DNA of 62,952 nt, counting the filler, from Kipferlia bialata (taxonomy: Eukaryota), in the NCBI GenBank assembly GCA_003568945.1. It is 4 parts of 4 records of this genome, joined end to end, with 100 filler letters (N's around TTAATTAATTAA, not from the genome) between each part and the next. Parts side by side here need not be neighbours in the genome. Positions count along the whole stretch, not along the records: positions 1 to 25,131 come from BDIP01000212.1; 3 more parts are not named here. One strand, given 5' to 3'. This document shows, one piece after another, positions 1 through 12,600 of the stretch. The position numbers were made by a program, and so were the translations under genes. The number at the start of each line of letters is the position of its first letter. The first letter of the stretch is position 1. Under the pieces are notes generated by a model. The model did not search any database, was not told the DNA's origin, and was given only the letters and a program-made list of their open reading frames with translations.

Positions 1-51
<51 letters not shown>

Positions 52-55
<4 letters not shown>

Positions 56-3000
56 TGGGGTGAGAAGAATACTCACAGATACAAATACCATGTACACATA
101 TGTTATATACATACACCCACCTAGTGAGGGGTATGCACTCTTAGGTATGCATAGTATTCACGCAGATAGTACATTATACACACATATATATTCATATACA
201 CATCAAGTATATACCTAGCGATGGGTATGCACTCTTGGGTGCAGGGGCAGCAGGGGACCCAGGGGTGGAGGCACTGGGAGTAAGGTATATATTAATTATG
301 ATATCTAGTAAAGATATGAATGTGAATATAATCACTGAACACCATAGTAAAGATGGCAGCATTGTGTATATGGTCTACCTGGGTGTGGGGAATGCCATGA
401 CTGACTGCTTCTGTCTGCCATAGGTGTGTCTGGGGGTGAGATGAAAACTACCATATAGAGAATAGTGATCGATCCATGTCCATAGTCTACATACATATAT
501 ATATTCATAAACATACCTAGGCGGCAGCTGCGGGGCCTTGAAGGGTGTGAATGTGCATGCATGGAGGGTGTGCATGGCGTTGTAGGAGTCCCTCACACCG
601 TGGATGTTGGGGATGTTGAGGTGGAAGACCTGAAGTAAGAGGTGTATTGACACAACAATACCAATAACAACATACTGGATGCTGAAGTGCTGAAGATACA
701 CCCTCAGTGGTTTCGAAGAGTACAATACTCTTGCCCGTGATACATATATATACTCTTGCTTGTACCTTGACGTTTGGGTATGCACCGGCGCTCTCCTTGC
801 CCTTGCCCATGATCTGGCATTAAGGGTGTAGGGGGGGAGAACAACTAGAGGATACATATAGTGGATATATATACTCCATGGAAGCCCAATCGTGTTCCGT
901 CATCACATACATTGATGAGTGTAAATACATCTATGCGGATCCTATATACACTACCTGGTTGGCCTGGTCATCATATACATTAGTGTATATTAAGAATATG
1001 GTATATAGATGTATATTACATATATGGGATTCTAATAATTACCTGGTTAGCCACAGCATTGACCCATGCCCTTGCGTCAAAGATGACCACCCGGGGGGAC
1101 TCGGGGGGGACACGCCGGATGGCCTGACAATGAGAGGAGGAGACTATATAAAAGAAACTATGGGACACATATGATGACCTGTTTGTAAGAGACATGTAAT
1201 AGTATATACAATACCTCAACAAGTGCCTCGTCCTCGATGGACCTGCTCTTGAACCCGGCACAGGGCTGGCTGCATCTGGGTATAAGACTCAATATATGTA
1301 TAAATATATATATACATTCATACTTATGCATATACACACACATATGTATACACACTCATGTACCTGCATATGCTGATGCCTGTGAGGGGTGACCTCCAGC
1401 ACAGGGTGGGGATGCGTCCACTGGACCTGGGAGTAAGTACACATACTCTAAATTATTATGTGCAGACATGACAGCAGAGAATATTCATACCATATTATAT
1501 ATACATAGAGTGTACCTGAACTTAGCACTAGCCATCAGCGTAGTATCACTGATGCCCTCTGGCACTGCCATGACAGCAGGGTAGGAGGGAGACAGCTCAT
1601 AGGCCACGTTGACATAGGAGATCCTCCAGCCCTGGGGTTATATATATCCATATATATAATACAAAAGAACATATACTAGGCATTGGTATTAGCTCATAGG
1701 CCACGTTGGCATAGGAGATCCTCCAGCCCTGGGGTTATAGAATATAGAAGTATATCGTTCTATTCCATACCTCTCCGCTGAGGTGTGGGGGTGGTGTGGG
1801 GGGAGTCAGACTGGGCGGGAGGGGCTCGGGTCTGAGGTTAAGACAACTATATACTCATCATTACAAACGCAGGGTAGTGACCTATACCTGTTAGTGGTGA
1901 ATGACCTGATGTGTCTCAGTACAAGTATATAGATAATTATTATAACATATATAGTAGGTACCTGTTAGTGGTGTAGGGCTTAAGGTGTGTCATGCTGTCA
2001 AACACAGACATCTCACGGTGGAAGGGTGCCTGGGGGGTTAGGATTGTAACCAATAACATCAAAAAAACATGCCATAGAACCAGTAATATATAAAATCCTA
2101 TACATAAATATATATAGATTTACATATATGTATATACAACAGTATAACTATATGTATACCTTTGGGTTGAGGCCTGCCAGTCCAAATGCCTTCTTCCTCA
2201 TGGTCTGGCTCCGCTTGGTGGCAAGGGGCTCCTGGGTATCAGGAATAGTGTAAGTGATTAACTGTATACAAAGGAAGACACATACATAGAACATTGGTAT
2301 GTGACTGCGCATACCTAGATAGATAGATACATGTGAGTATGTATAAACACACATATATATATGTATGAGAGCATACTGGACCATGCGCATACCTGTGAGT
2401 ATGGAGGTGGAGGCATGTACACCACGCCCTGTCTCCTGAACTCCTTGATGGGGTCAAAGTGCATCCAGCCACGGGTTGCCCTATTGTTAGAGTTAATAAC
2501 ACACACACATATATATATAGTATACATGATACACAATATATGATTGTGTATAATGATACTTGATGGGGTCAAAGTGCTCTGGAGGCCCTAGCATTAGAAT
2601 GTATAGTATACACAATTGATTATACATGACTGTATATACAACGATACTTGATGGGGTCAAAGTGCATCCAGCCCCGGGTTGCTCTGAAATGAGTCTGCAT
2701 GATATATACATTAACATACATATATCATTATACTAAGAATGATATGTCTGGATAGAGAATCCATACCTCAGCACCGCTGGGTATCTCTGGAACACATCGT
2801 TGATGGAGGTGGGTTGGTTGGCAGTGATCCTGGTATCAGCATAAACAGTAATAGATGAATACTGCCATATACTGTACAAGCATACATAGCGGGCTGGTTG
2901 GCAGTGATCCTGGTATGAACAGTACAAATGAGGAAAGAATTATGAACAAGTCATGCATTAATGGTATTGGTGAAGGCTAACTGGTGTAAAGAGATATACT

Positions 3001-5194
3001 GGTCAAAATGTACAATTCGCAGAATTACAACACATTCATATGCATACCTGCCGTGCATTGGGTTTGGTGCCTTTGACCTCCCGTACATCTGCTTGGACAC
3101 GGCATCGACACCCTGGTATGAGATACAGGTAGAATATGAATGGAACACAACATATAATATAATTACACATTTGTTTGCACACAGCATCGAAACCCACAGG
3201 TGAGGACAAATATCCAATAAGACTACATCACCAGAGTATATGAGTTTGCATGCAATATTGGATACTTTCACCAACAAGAGGTAGGAGTATAATGTCTCCT
3301 GACTATCTCTATGAATGGTTGTAGATGTATGAGGATGATGTATGCAGAACAGTGTTACCAAACTGCACCGACAGGGGGTGGAGGTCTATGTCGTCATCGT
3401 GTATCAGTATCAGTATCGTACACAGTATATATTAATACCTGCACCGACAGTGGGTTGAGGTCTATGTCGTCATCGTGTATGAGTATCAGTATCGTACACA
3501 GTATCAGTATCCTACACAGTATATATGGGTACCTGCACCGACAGAGGGTTGAGGTCTATGTCGTCATCGTGTATAAGAGTGAAGCCACTCTGCACACCCT
3601 GGTCAGACTCAGACTCAATGTCACCTGGGTTAATAATTAAGTATATAGAACACATAAAGAAATATATATATAGGTATATATATTATAACACAAAATAGTA
3701 AGTACTCTGCACACCCTGGTCAGACTCAGACTCAATGTCACCTATGGGTAAGAGGGACACTATACACATCAGCCAAAGTACTTGTGAAAACACACACATG
3801 AATACTGTGTATGAAACATCTATGTGTGTCACCTGTCCTCTGCGGGTGGCGTATGATATATATATCAAACACAAATACAATTTACAAAAATGTCATATTC
3901 AATACTATGTCTCACCTGTCTCCTCTGCGGGTGGTGCCTGGGAGTTGATACAGGCCTGGGTGTGAGAGACATGATACACATCACAATGATTCAGACACTA
4001 ACATGTATACATACATCAGCATATACCTGCTTGAGAACTGTCTCAAAGTGGCATATGTAATATATATAATACACTGGTGTATATATATGTACTCATATAC
4101 ATATATACCTGCTTGAGCACTGTCTCGAAGTGGTGCTGCAGGGCAAAGCAGGACTCCCTCAGCTGAAGGGCATCGCACTCGGCCTGGTTTAGCATAATAT
4201 CATTGGGTACTACAAACAAACGCATAAACAGGAAATAAATAGTTACACATATATATCCTCAACTGAAGGGCATCGCACTCGGCCTGAGAGTGAGGAAGCG
4301 TACATAGAGGTAAATAATATTCAAAAATTATGAATATATATATATATATATATCAGTACATACCTCGAGGTGCTTGGCCACCACCCTCCTGGCCGGGGTG
4401 TTGGGGTCAAAGCCTGGGGGGTAAGACAGCCTATACAACAACATAGTGTAGTGCGTACACAAGAAACTATAGAGGTACATGATACTACACACCTAGCTTG
4501 ATGACCAGTGCTGTGATGAGCTCCACCTCCAGTAGGTATAGAGTGTAGATACACTATACACATATAAAACATAGTACACTGAAGATACCTAGCTTGATGA
4601 CCAGTGCTGTGATGAGCTCCACCTCCAGCAGGTATGGACCAGTGGCAGAGCGGCCCTTGCCACCAACCTGGGGGTAAGACAGTACAAAGGAATCAGAGTG
4701 GTAATACTACATATCACATACATAGAGCATGTGCTGATATGAATATACATATATGGAATATACCTTTGTGACCCTGACAATCTGGCCAATGGGCACAGCC
4801 AGCAGAGGCTGTCTGACAGAGTGGGTGTCGGAGTCAGTAAGGAGCAGTCTAAAGGTTAGCGATAATGGAGAGAGAGAGAGGGAGAGAGAGAGAGGGAGAG
4901 AGAGAGGGAGAGAGAATTGTCCGACAGAGTGGGTGTCAGAGTCAGTCAGAAGGAGCCTAGTGTAAAGGTAAATACGGGAGAGAGAGAGAGAGAGAGAGAT
5001 GTCACAGAGTGGAGAGCAGTCTAACGGTTGGAGAAGAAGAGAAGGGTGGGGGGTGATATATACAACTTCAGAAGAGTGTCAGAATCAGGTAGAAAGAGCT
5101 TGCATTTAGCATATACGTAACATACACTCACCTGTAGTTTGTGATTGTGAGTGTCCCAGTCACGTCACAGTTGTCGTTGCCACCATAGACAGGC
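52..5194 (-). CDS. Myotubularin-related phosphoinositide phosphatase (multi-exon, partial at both ends)
   Basis: Spliced exons give a GRAM-like GTLTITNYRLLL, then GWRISYVNVAYELSPSYPAVMAVP..ISD..L..SAKFRSSGRIPTLCW, CSQPCAG..SRSIEDE, IFDARAWVNAVAN and LNIPNIHGVRDSY, all hallmark myotubularin motifs. The catalytic HCSDGWDRT motif was not seen in the window. Confidence 0.9.
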
Positions 5195-5251
5195 CTGGGG
5201 GTAAGACAGGTCAAAGAGAAGGCGAAGGTGGAGTGGAGAGGGGGGAGGCGT

Positions 5252-5300
5252 AGGGGGGGGGGGGGGGGGGGGGGGGACAAATAAACCCCCCCCCCCCCCC
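5252..5300. other. Poly-G/poly-C junction, probable assembly mis-join
   Basis: A G-run then a C-run sit between two divergent genes that both begin at an internal splice acceptor, with no start exon between them. Confidence 0.6.
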
Positions 5301-5345
5301 ATCTCTCTCTATACATATGTATCTATACCCCACCCCTTACCCCAG

Positions 5346-5519
5346 GCCCGCCTTGAGAGTGAGAGGCAAGAGGTGCTGGCAGAGACACAGAGGAGAGAGA
5401 GGGTGGCCACAGCAGCAGCTGCTGACCGGAGGTAAAGAGTATATATATATATATATACATATGCATGATGTATCCCTCACCCCAGGGCCGTTGTGCACAT
5501 GAGACAGGCCAACAGTGTA

Positions 5520-5555
<36 letters not shown>

Positions 5556-7968
5556 TATATATATATATATACATATGCATGTATCCTCACCCCAGGGCCG
5601 TTGTGCACATGAGACAGGCCGAGAGGGAGAGGGAGGGAGAGGCACATGGGGTGAGAGAGAGGGAGAGAGAGACTGCCGACCCTGTCCTCGAGGCAGAGAG
5701 GGCCAAGGAGGCAGAGAGGCAGAGGCGGGTGCGGTATCTGCAGAGGAATGATAGGAAGAAGGTAGATGAACACACATATTTACGTGTTATACTATAGTAT
5801 AGTGATGAAATTTGCACATCCACTCGTTTGTGGTATCTGCAGAGGAACGAGAGGAAGAAGTTACTGTCCAGGATATAGTATAGTATTGTATAGTACATTT
5901 TTTACTTGTGTGTGTACACTCTATGCCATCTGACCACTAGGTGCAGCGCAGGGCAGCGACAGCCAAGGCCAGGGGCAGGACTAGGGGGAAGGTGGGAGAT
6001 TACATATGAATAGTATGGGGTATTAATGAATACTATATATCTAACCCCAGCCCCGCCCTGCCTGGGCCCGTATATACATGAGTAATATATGTATATATAT
6101 ATACTCTATGTACTTGTCTCTAACCCCTAGTCCAGACCTGCCTGGGCCCGTACCGAGGAGGGCAACTATGTATATACTATATATCATCACGCTATATATG
6201 TCTCTAACCCCAGCCCCGCCCTGCCTGGGCCCGTACCGAGCAGGGCAACAGGGCAGCAGAGGAGGATGCCGTGGATCAGCTGCTGGCATTTGCAGATGGG
6301 TGCGTCTCTCTCTGTCTGTCTCTCCTTTTCTCTCTCTATGTATGTTTTCCACTGACCCCTAGTCTCCCAGTGATGATAGTACTATACAGCTACAATGGTA
6401 CTATTCTCTCTGTATATACCTCTCACCCTCCAGTCTCCCCAGTGATGACGAGGCCACTGCCGCAGCCCCAGGCGATGATACCAAGGTCAGTACACGCGCA
6501 TCTTTCTGTATGCATACATGTATACATGCTAGTCCCATTCTCCTCATGGGTGAACTAGTATTGTCTATAGAGAATTCGTTCAGCGTCTAGAGTTATATAA
6601 TCATCTTCTCTGTATCTCTACTATCTCCTCACCCCAGACCCCTGATGCCATGGGTGAGCTTGTCCAGGAGCTGCTGGGCGACACATCCCTGGTGGATGCA
6701 TTGACTAGGGCAAAGGTAGATAGTAAACACACATACACACATATAGATATACATATGTGTGTGTATGGATATATATATGGTGTGCGTATACTGTTGGGTG
6801 ACACATCCCTGGTGGATGCACTCACAAGGGCTAAGGTGTGATATGGAATACTCTTTGGAATACCATTTCAAATGATTATATGTGTGTATTCTTATGCTAC
6901 GAGAACTTGTGAGTTATCTTACTCTCCCTTACCCTCAGGAGCGTCTGGACCGTATAGTGGCACTGGCCAGGGTCAAGTATGAGGTATGGCGTATGGTGTA
7001 TATTAATATACATATATATAGTGTATTGTACTCTACTTTGTGACCTACTAGGGCAACCTTTTTGCCGATCCATCAGTTTGTATACTGCTATACGGTTACT
7101 TATTGCGATGATACCCTCCATATACACACCCTATGCACTAAATGTGTATGTAGTCTCTATAGAATACATATATGTTTGTATTCTCCCGTGTCTAACCCCT
7201 AGGGCCAGGGCAACCTGGGTGCCAATCCCTTTGAGGAGGGTGCAGAGGGAGAGAGAGAGGGAGAGGGAGAGGGAGAGGGCAAGGACATCTATGACACACA
7301 CGAGGTGTTCAAGTTCAAGGATGGGTCATCACTCCTGCGCTACTTGATGCAGGTATAGTAGTCAATGCGTATGTATATATGTGTGTATATCCTGTTACGC
7401 TGCCCTCCAGCCCAGCAGCTCCACCTCTCCATATTGTTATGTAACATATGTATAAGTATACATATATATCATCCCCTCTCACCCCCTAGCAGCTCCCCGG
7501 CCACTCCGAGCAGTCCCTCCCTCTCTCTCTATATATATGTAGTATATATATGTATAGTAAATGTCATCTTTGCTGACCCCCCAGCAGCTCCCCGGCCACT
7601 CCGAGCAGTCTCTCCGGGCCATGATAGCCAAGGAGAGACAGGAGGAGAAGGAGAGAGAGAAGGAGAGAGAGAGAGAGGCAGAGAGACAGCGCGAGATTGC
7701 CGCCATCCTCGCCAAGGACAAGGAGAGTAAGAGAGAGGGAGAGAAGGGTGCAGAGGGTGCTATGCCGCATATCGATGCCCCCATGGCCATGGATGCAGTG
7801 GGGAAGAGGATACCCCACCCTACTAGGACAGAGACAGGGGGGAGACGCATACCAGAGGGCGAGGTCTTCTGTGTGCCCCCCGCAGACCCAGAGGATGTTC
7901 CCACACACACGCGCAAGGAGGTCAATGTACACACACTGCCATACAGGTTCAGAAACGCAGCTCTCTAG
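5346..7968 (+). CDS. Hypothetical charged/coiled-coil protein (multi-exon, 5' partial)
   Basis: GT-AG exon chain in frame (ARLESERQEV..., AVVHMRQAERERE..., DAVDQLLAFAD, MGELVQELLGDTSLVDALTRAK), with a last exon 7586-7968 ending RFRNAAL-stop. No family recognised. Confidence 0.65.
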
Positions 7969-8429
7969 ACACTGTGGGCACTGTAGGCACATTAGGGTGT
8001 GTGGCTATATTGTAGTCTGGTGTTTGTTTGTATGTATATGGGGCTCTTCTGTACCCTCCCTTTGTTTTATGGAGGGTGACGTCCCATATGCACTACTTAC
8101 AATGGTGGTATTCGGTTAGGGTGTCTTTTGTGTTGTTGTTGTTCTGTAGTTTATGTTGTGTGGTCTAGATGGTTCTCTATACCATGCTGTAGCACTCTTT
8201 GTATTTGGTGGATAGATGTCTCGGTTGGGGTCATAAATCGAGAGTGATACAGTAATCAACTTGCTCCACAGTATCTTCAGAAGAGACTCCTCCACAATGA
8301 TCTAACAGAAAGACTCTCTCCCTCTCTCTATTGGTTAGCCTCCTCCTCCCTAGCGTCCTGTGCCACCAATAATACTAGGCCCAGTAACAATATGCACACC
8401 AACCCTCTCTCTATACTAGGCCTAGTTGT

Positions 8430-9574
8430 CTATTGCTTGGCCTCCTCCTCCCTAGCGTCCTGTGCCACAATCTCCATGGCAGCACGCAGTATAACACCAG
8501 CCTCCTTGAGAGGGGCAACGCCTAGGGTGGTACCTGTCGTTAGTATATACTAGGCCTAGTAGTATACAGTACAGACAGATAAAGAGAGAGAGAGAGAGGA
8601 TAACCCCTGCCTCCTTGAGGGGGGCAACGCCTAGGGTAGTACCTATAGTTAGTATGTATGGATTTATACAATGGACACCACTGTATATTCAATGGACACA
8701 CTACCTAGCAGCTCCACTATCCCCGTGTCCCCCAATGACACTATGTCCACAGGTGATATACACTATACACTATATATATATGTATATAGTGCACTATACC
8801 TAATAGCTCCACTATCCCTGTATCTCCTAGTGACACTATGTCCACTGGTGATATACACTATACACTAAACACTCTATATATATACAATGCACTATACCTA
8901 GCAGCTCCACTATCCCTGTATCTCCTAGTGACACTATGTCCACAGGTGATATACACTATACACTAAATACTCTCTNNNNNNNNNNNNNNNNNNNNNNNNN
9001 NNNNNNNNNNNNNNNNNNNNNNNNNNNNNNNNNNNNNNNNNNNNCTATACCTAACAGCTCCACTATCCCCGTGTCTCCTAGTGACACTATGTCCACAGGA
9101 GTCCTGATGCCACCCCGCCTAAGGGCACGGGCACGGCCTGGGTAAGGGGTGTGTAGACATTCTATGTATACTATACACTACATTAATAAACTACAAACTA
9201 TATACTACACTATATGATGCATGATGCCATCCTCCTTAGAGAACGGGCACGTCCTAAGGAGTTAGCCAAGAGTATACTAAGTATTATATACACATATACT
9301 ATGTGGAGGGAATGGGCACGGCCTAGAATGAGTATGTCATAATACATATACCATATATCAGGTGGTGCACTTGCATGCATACCTGGCCCCTCTCCCTTAT
9401 TGGGTGGAATACATACACAGTACATGCAAAAGTAACACAATACACTACTATGTATACTACAATACAAAAGTAACACAATATACTACTATGTATACTACAA
9501 TACAACCATACCTGGCCCCACCCCCCTTATCCTCAGCAGGGACAGGATGTCTGGCAGGGTGCCCTCCTACGGGT

Positions 9575-9611
<37 letters not shown>

Positions 9612-12600
9612 ACGGCAATGCGTAGGGTACCCTCCTGAGGTGGGCAGAGAGAAGGGAGATAGTACATACATATACAGATACCCATCGGTAGTACCTGGAT
9701 TCTCCTTGTCATCATCTCAAACAGTGCCTGGAGCTGCCAGTGCCTGGGGTTAGGACAGAGATACACTCATGCATATGTATATGAATACATATACATATAC
9801 CATATACATAATATAGGGGAATGTATACTGCAAGGAAGGGCCTGGAGCTGCCAGTGCCTAGGGTTAGGTACATAGACATACATATATACTATATACACAT
9901 CTTGTATTTACAATACTTGTACCAAGACTCCTGTTTGAACTCACCTCAGTTCCTCCGCGAGTCTGCTGCAGGTTGCCACTCCCTTGCCCACAGACAGCTT
10001 GAGACGCTGCAGGTCACCAAACCTAGTGGTTAGAGGGAGAGAGAGAGAGAGAGGGGGAGAGGGCAGGAGAGCGAGGATGGGTCTGAGACACGGGAGGGTA
10101 ACCTATATACACACACAACTATATATATATAGAGAAACACTCACTATATCCTGAATGTGTTACAGGTGACTGCATCTGGTGTATAATATAAGCATTAGAA
10201 TATACACGTATTAAAATACTATCAGTATATTCCAATATATACTCTACATACTTGATTTTGAACGTGTTACAAGTCAGTGCATCCGGCGTCTCCCTCAGGA
10301 CAGATGCCATGACCAGTGCATTCCACTATATATATACATATATATATATATATACTAATAATACTCACTTAATACGGAACGTGTTGCATGTGACTGCATC
10401 TGGTGTCTCTCTGAGTACAGATGCCATAACTAAGGCATTCCACACCAGCCACAGACCAGACTCCATGGCATCGTCAGTGATATAGGAGTGCCTGAAGTTA
10501 AGGGGGTAGAGAGAGAGAGAGAGAGAGCCACAGACCAGACTCCATGGCATCATCAGTGATGTAGGAGTGTCTGGTAGTTAGATACATATATGTATACATA
10601 GAGAGAGAGAGACAGAGAGGGGTGGGGGGGATAGACTCCATGGCATCGTCAGTGATGTAGGAGTGCCTGGTAATAAGGGTGTAGATGAAGAGAGAGAGAG
10701 AGAGCCACAGACCAGACTCCATGGCATCGTCAGTGATATAGGAGTGCCTGGTAATAAGGGTGTAGATGAAGAGAGAGAGAGAGAGAGAGCCACAGACCAG
10801 ACTCCATGGCATCATCAGTGATATAGGAGTGTCTGGGTGTTAAGGGTGTAGAGAGAGAGAGAGAGAGAGACCAGACTCCATGGCATCGTCAGTGATGTAG
10901 GAGTGCCTGGAAGTTAGATACCTATATATAGACATAGAGAGAGAGAGAAAGAGAGGGAGGGGGTGGGGGGGATAGACTCCATGGCATCGTCAGTGATGTA
11001 GGAGTGTCTGATAATAAGGGTGTAGATGGAGAGAGAGAGAGAGAGATCAGACATAACATAATCTCTTCTATTTAGATTTGCAGCAGCCTGTCCTCACACC
11101 AGTATTCAAACACGTATGTGTAAATACTTGTGCGGTAATCAGCTGAACGTGCACCGCATTTAGTCATATGTATATAAATCGACCATGAAACTATGATTAT
11201 ACATTATCCTATGGAACACCTCTCGGTACCTGAACTTGTACCGTATATAGGCATCTGCTATACAAATCGTACAGTATATACAGTATGGGAGTAAACGTTT
11301 GAATATGCATCGATATATCACTGTCATTGTATACACACAACTCCTAACCTGAACTTGCACCGCATGTAGTCTACATACACTGATATGTACACATATATAT
11401 ATGACATACACATATATACGTAGGCGTGTCGTTATTGCAATATTACTTCCCCCCTATACCTGAACTTGCACCGCATGTAGTCATCTGTGACACCCAGGGC
11501 AGTGAAGATGGCCATTAACTCTAGGATAAGTACTATAGAGGGGGAGTGGGTATTATATATATATGTATATATATTCTTATATGGCATGTGTGACACCCAG
11601 GGCAGTGAAGATGGACATGAGCTCTAGGATAAGCAGTAGGAAGAGTGTGTATCTAATATGTAGAGGGTATGTGAAGGTATATATATATATATCAATAGAA
11701 AATGTGACGCCCAGGGCAGTGAAGATGGCCATGAGCTCTAGGGTGAGCGATATATATATTCAGAATTTCCCAATAGTAATAAGGCACGTTCATGTTTCTA
11801 CCTTTGCCACTTTGTCCAGCAACCTCTCCACTATCAGCACTTACAAATATATATAAATATATATATTTATACAGTGTATGTACACTATAACCACAACTCA
11901 TACCTTTGCCACTTTGCCCCTTGTCTAGCATCCTCTCCACTATCTGCATGTCAGGTCTGAGAAGACCATCTCCACTCACGTCCCTGTCACCGTCCTTCCT
12001 GACAGTTAGTACTATGTACTTATACATACATTACATTACACGATATAAATCCATGTACTCGGTTTTCATCAGGTTACATAGAATAGCTATAGTGAAAGAA
12101 TATAGATATACAGTGAGATCAGAAGGTTATTTCCATTCACATTCATCCTCACAAGACATGACATGATACTATACTACATGTAAAGGGTATCACATATATA
12201 CATTATGGTATAGTGTCACACTCTACCTCCTGACTATGGGCATGCCAAGGGCTAGTACATGGACATCACTCCCACACAGGATGCCTAAGGTTAGATATAG
12301 AGACAAGAGAAAGTGTATATATATAGCGAGAGTTACTATGCCATATATATGGGATGCCTATGGTTTGATAGTACTGAGGGCGGTGTGCATATACCAGGGT
12401 AGAATGTTGTATACGACAATGCAATCAACATAGACCCATGCACACAACCTTCCAATAGACAAATATGTGATTCATAGATATACAAATATGAATAACAACA
12501 TAACAGCTGACAGTGCCCTAGAGAACATGTCCATATAGTATATTCCATCTCTATCTCTCTATATAGGATACCTGTCTATATAGAGAGCACCCTATATACA

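Noticed and set aside
10141..10325. Mutually exclusive alternative exons as the explanation for the copies
   Set aside because: Each copy has only one splice site and covers only part of the exon; no acceptor was seen before tail copies or donor after head copies.
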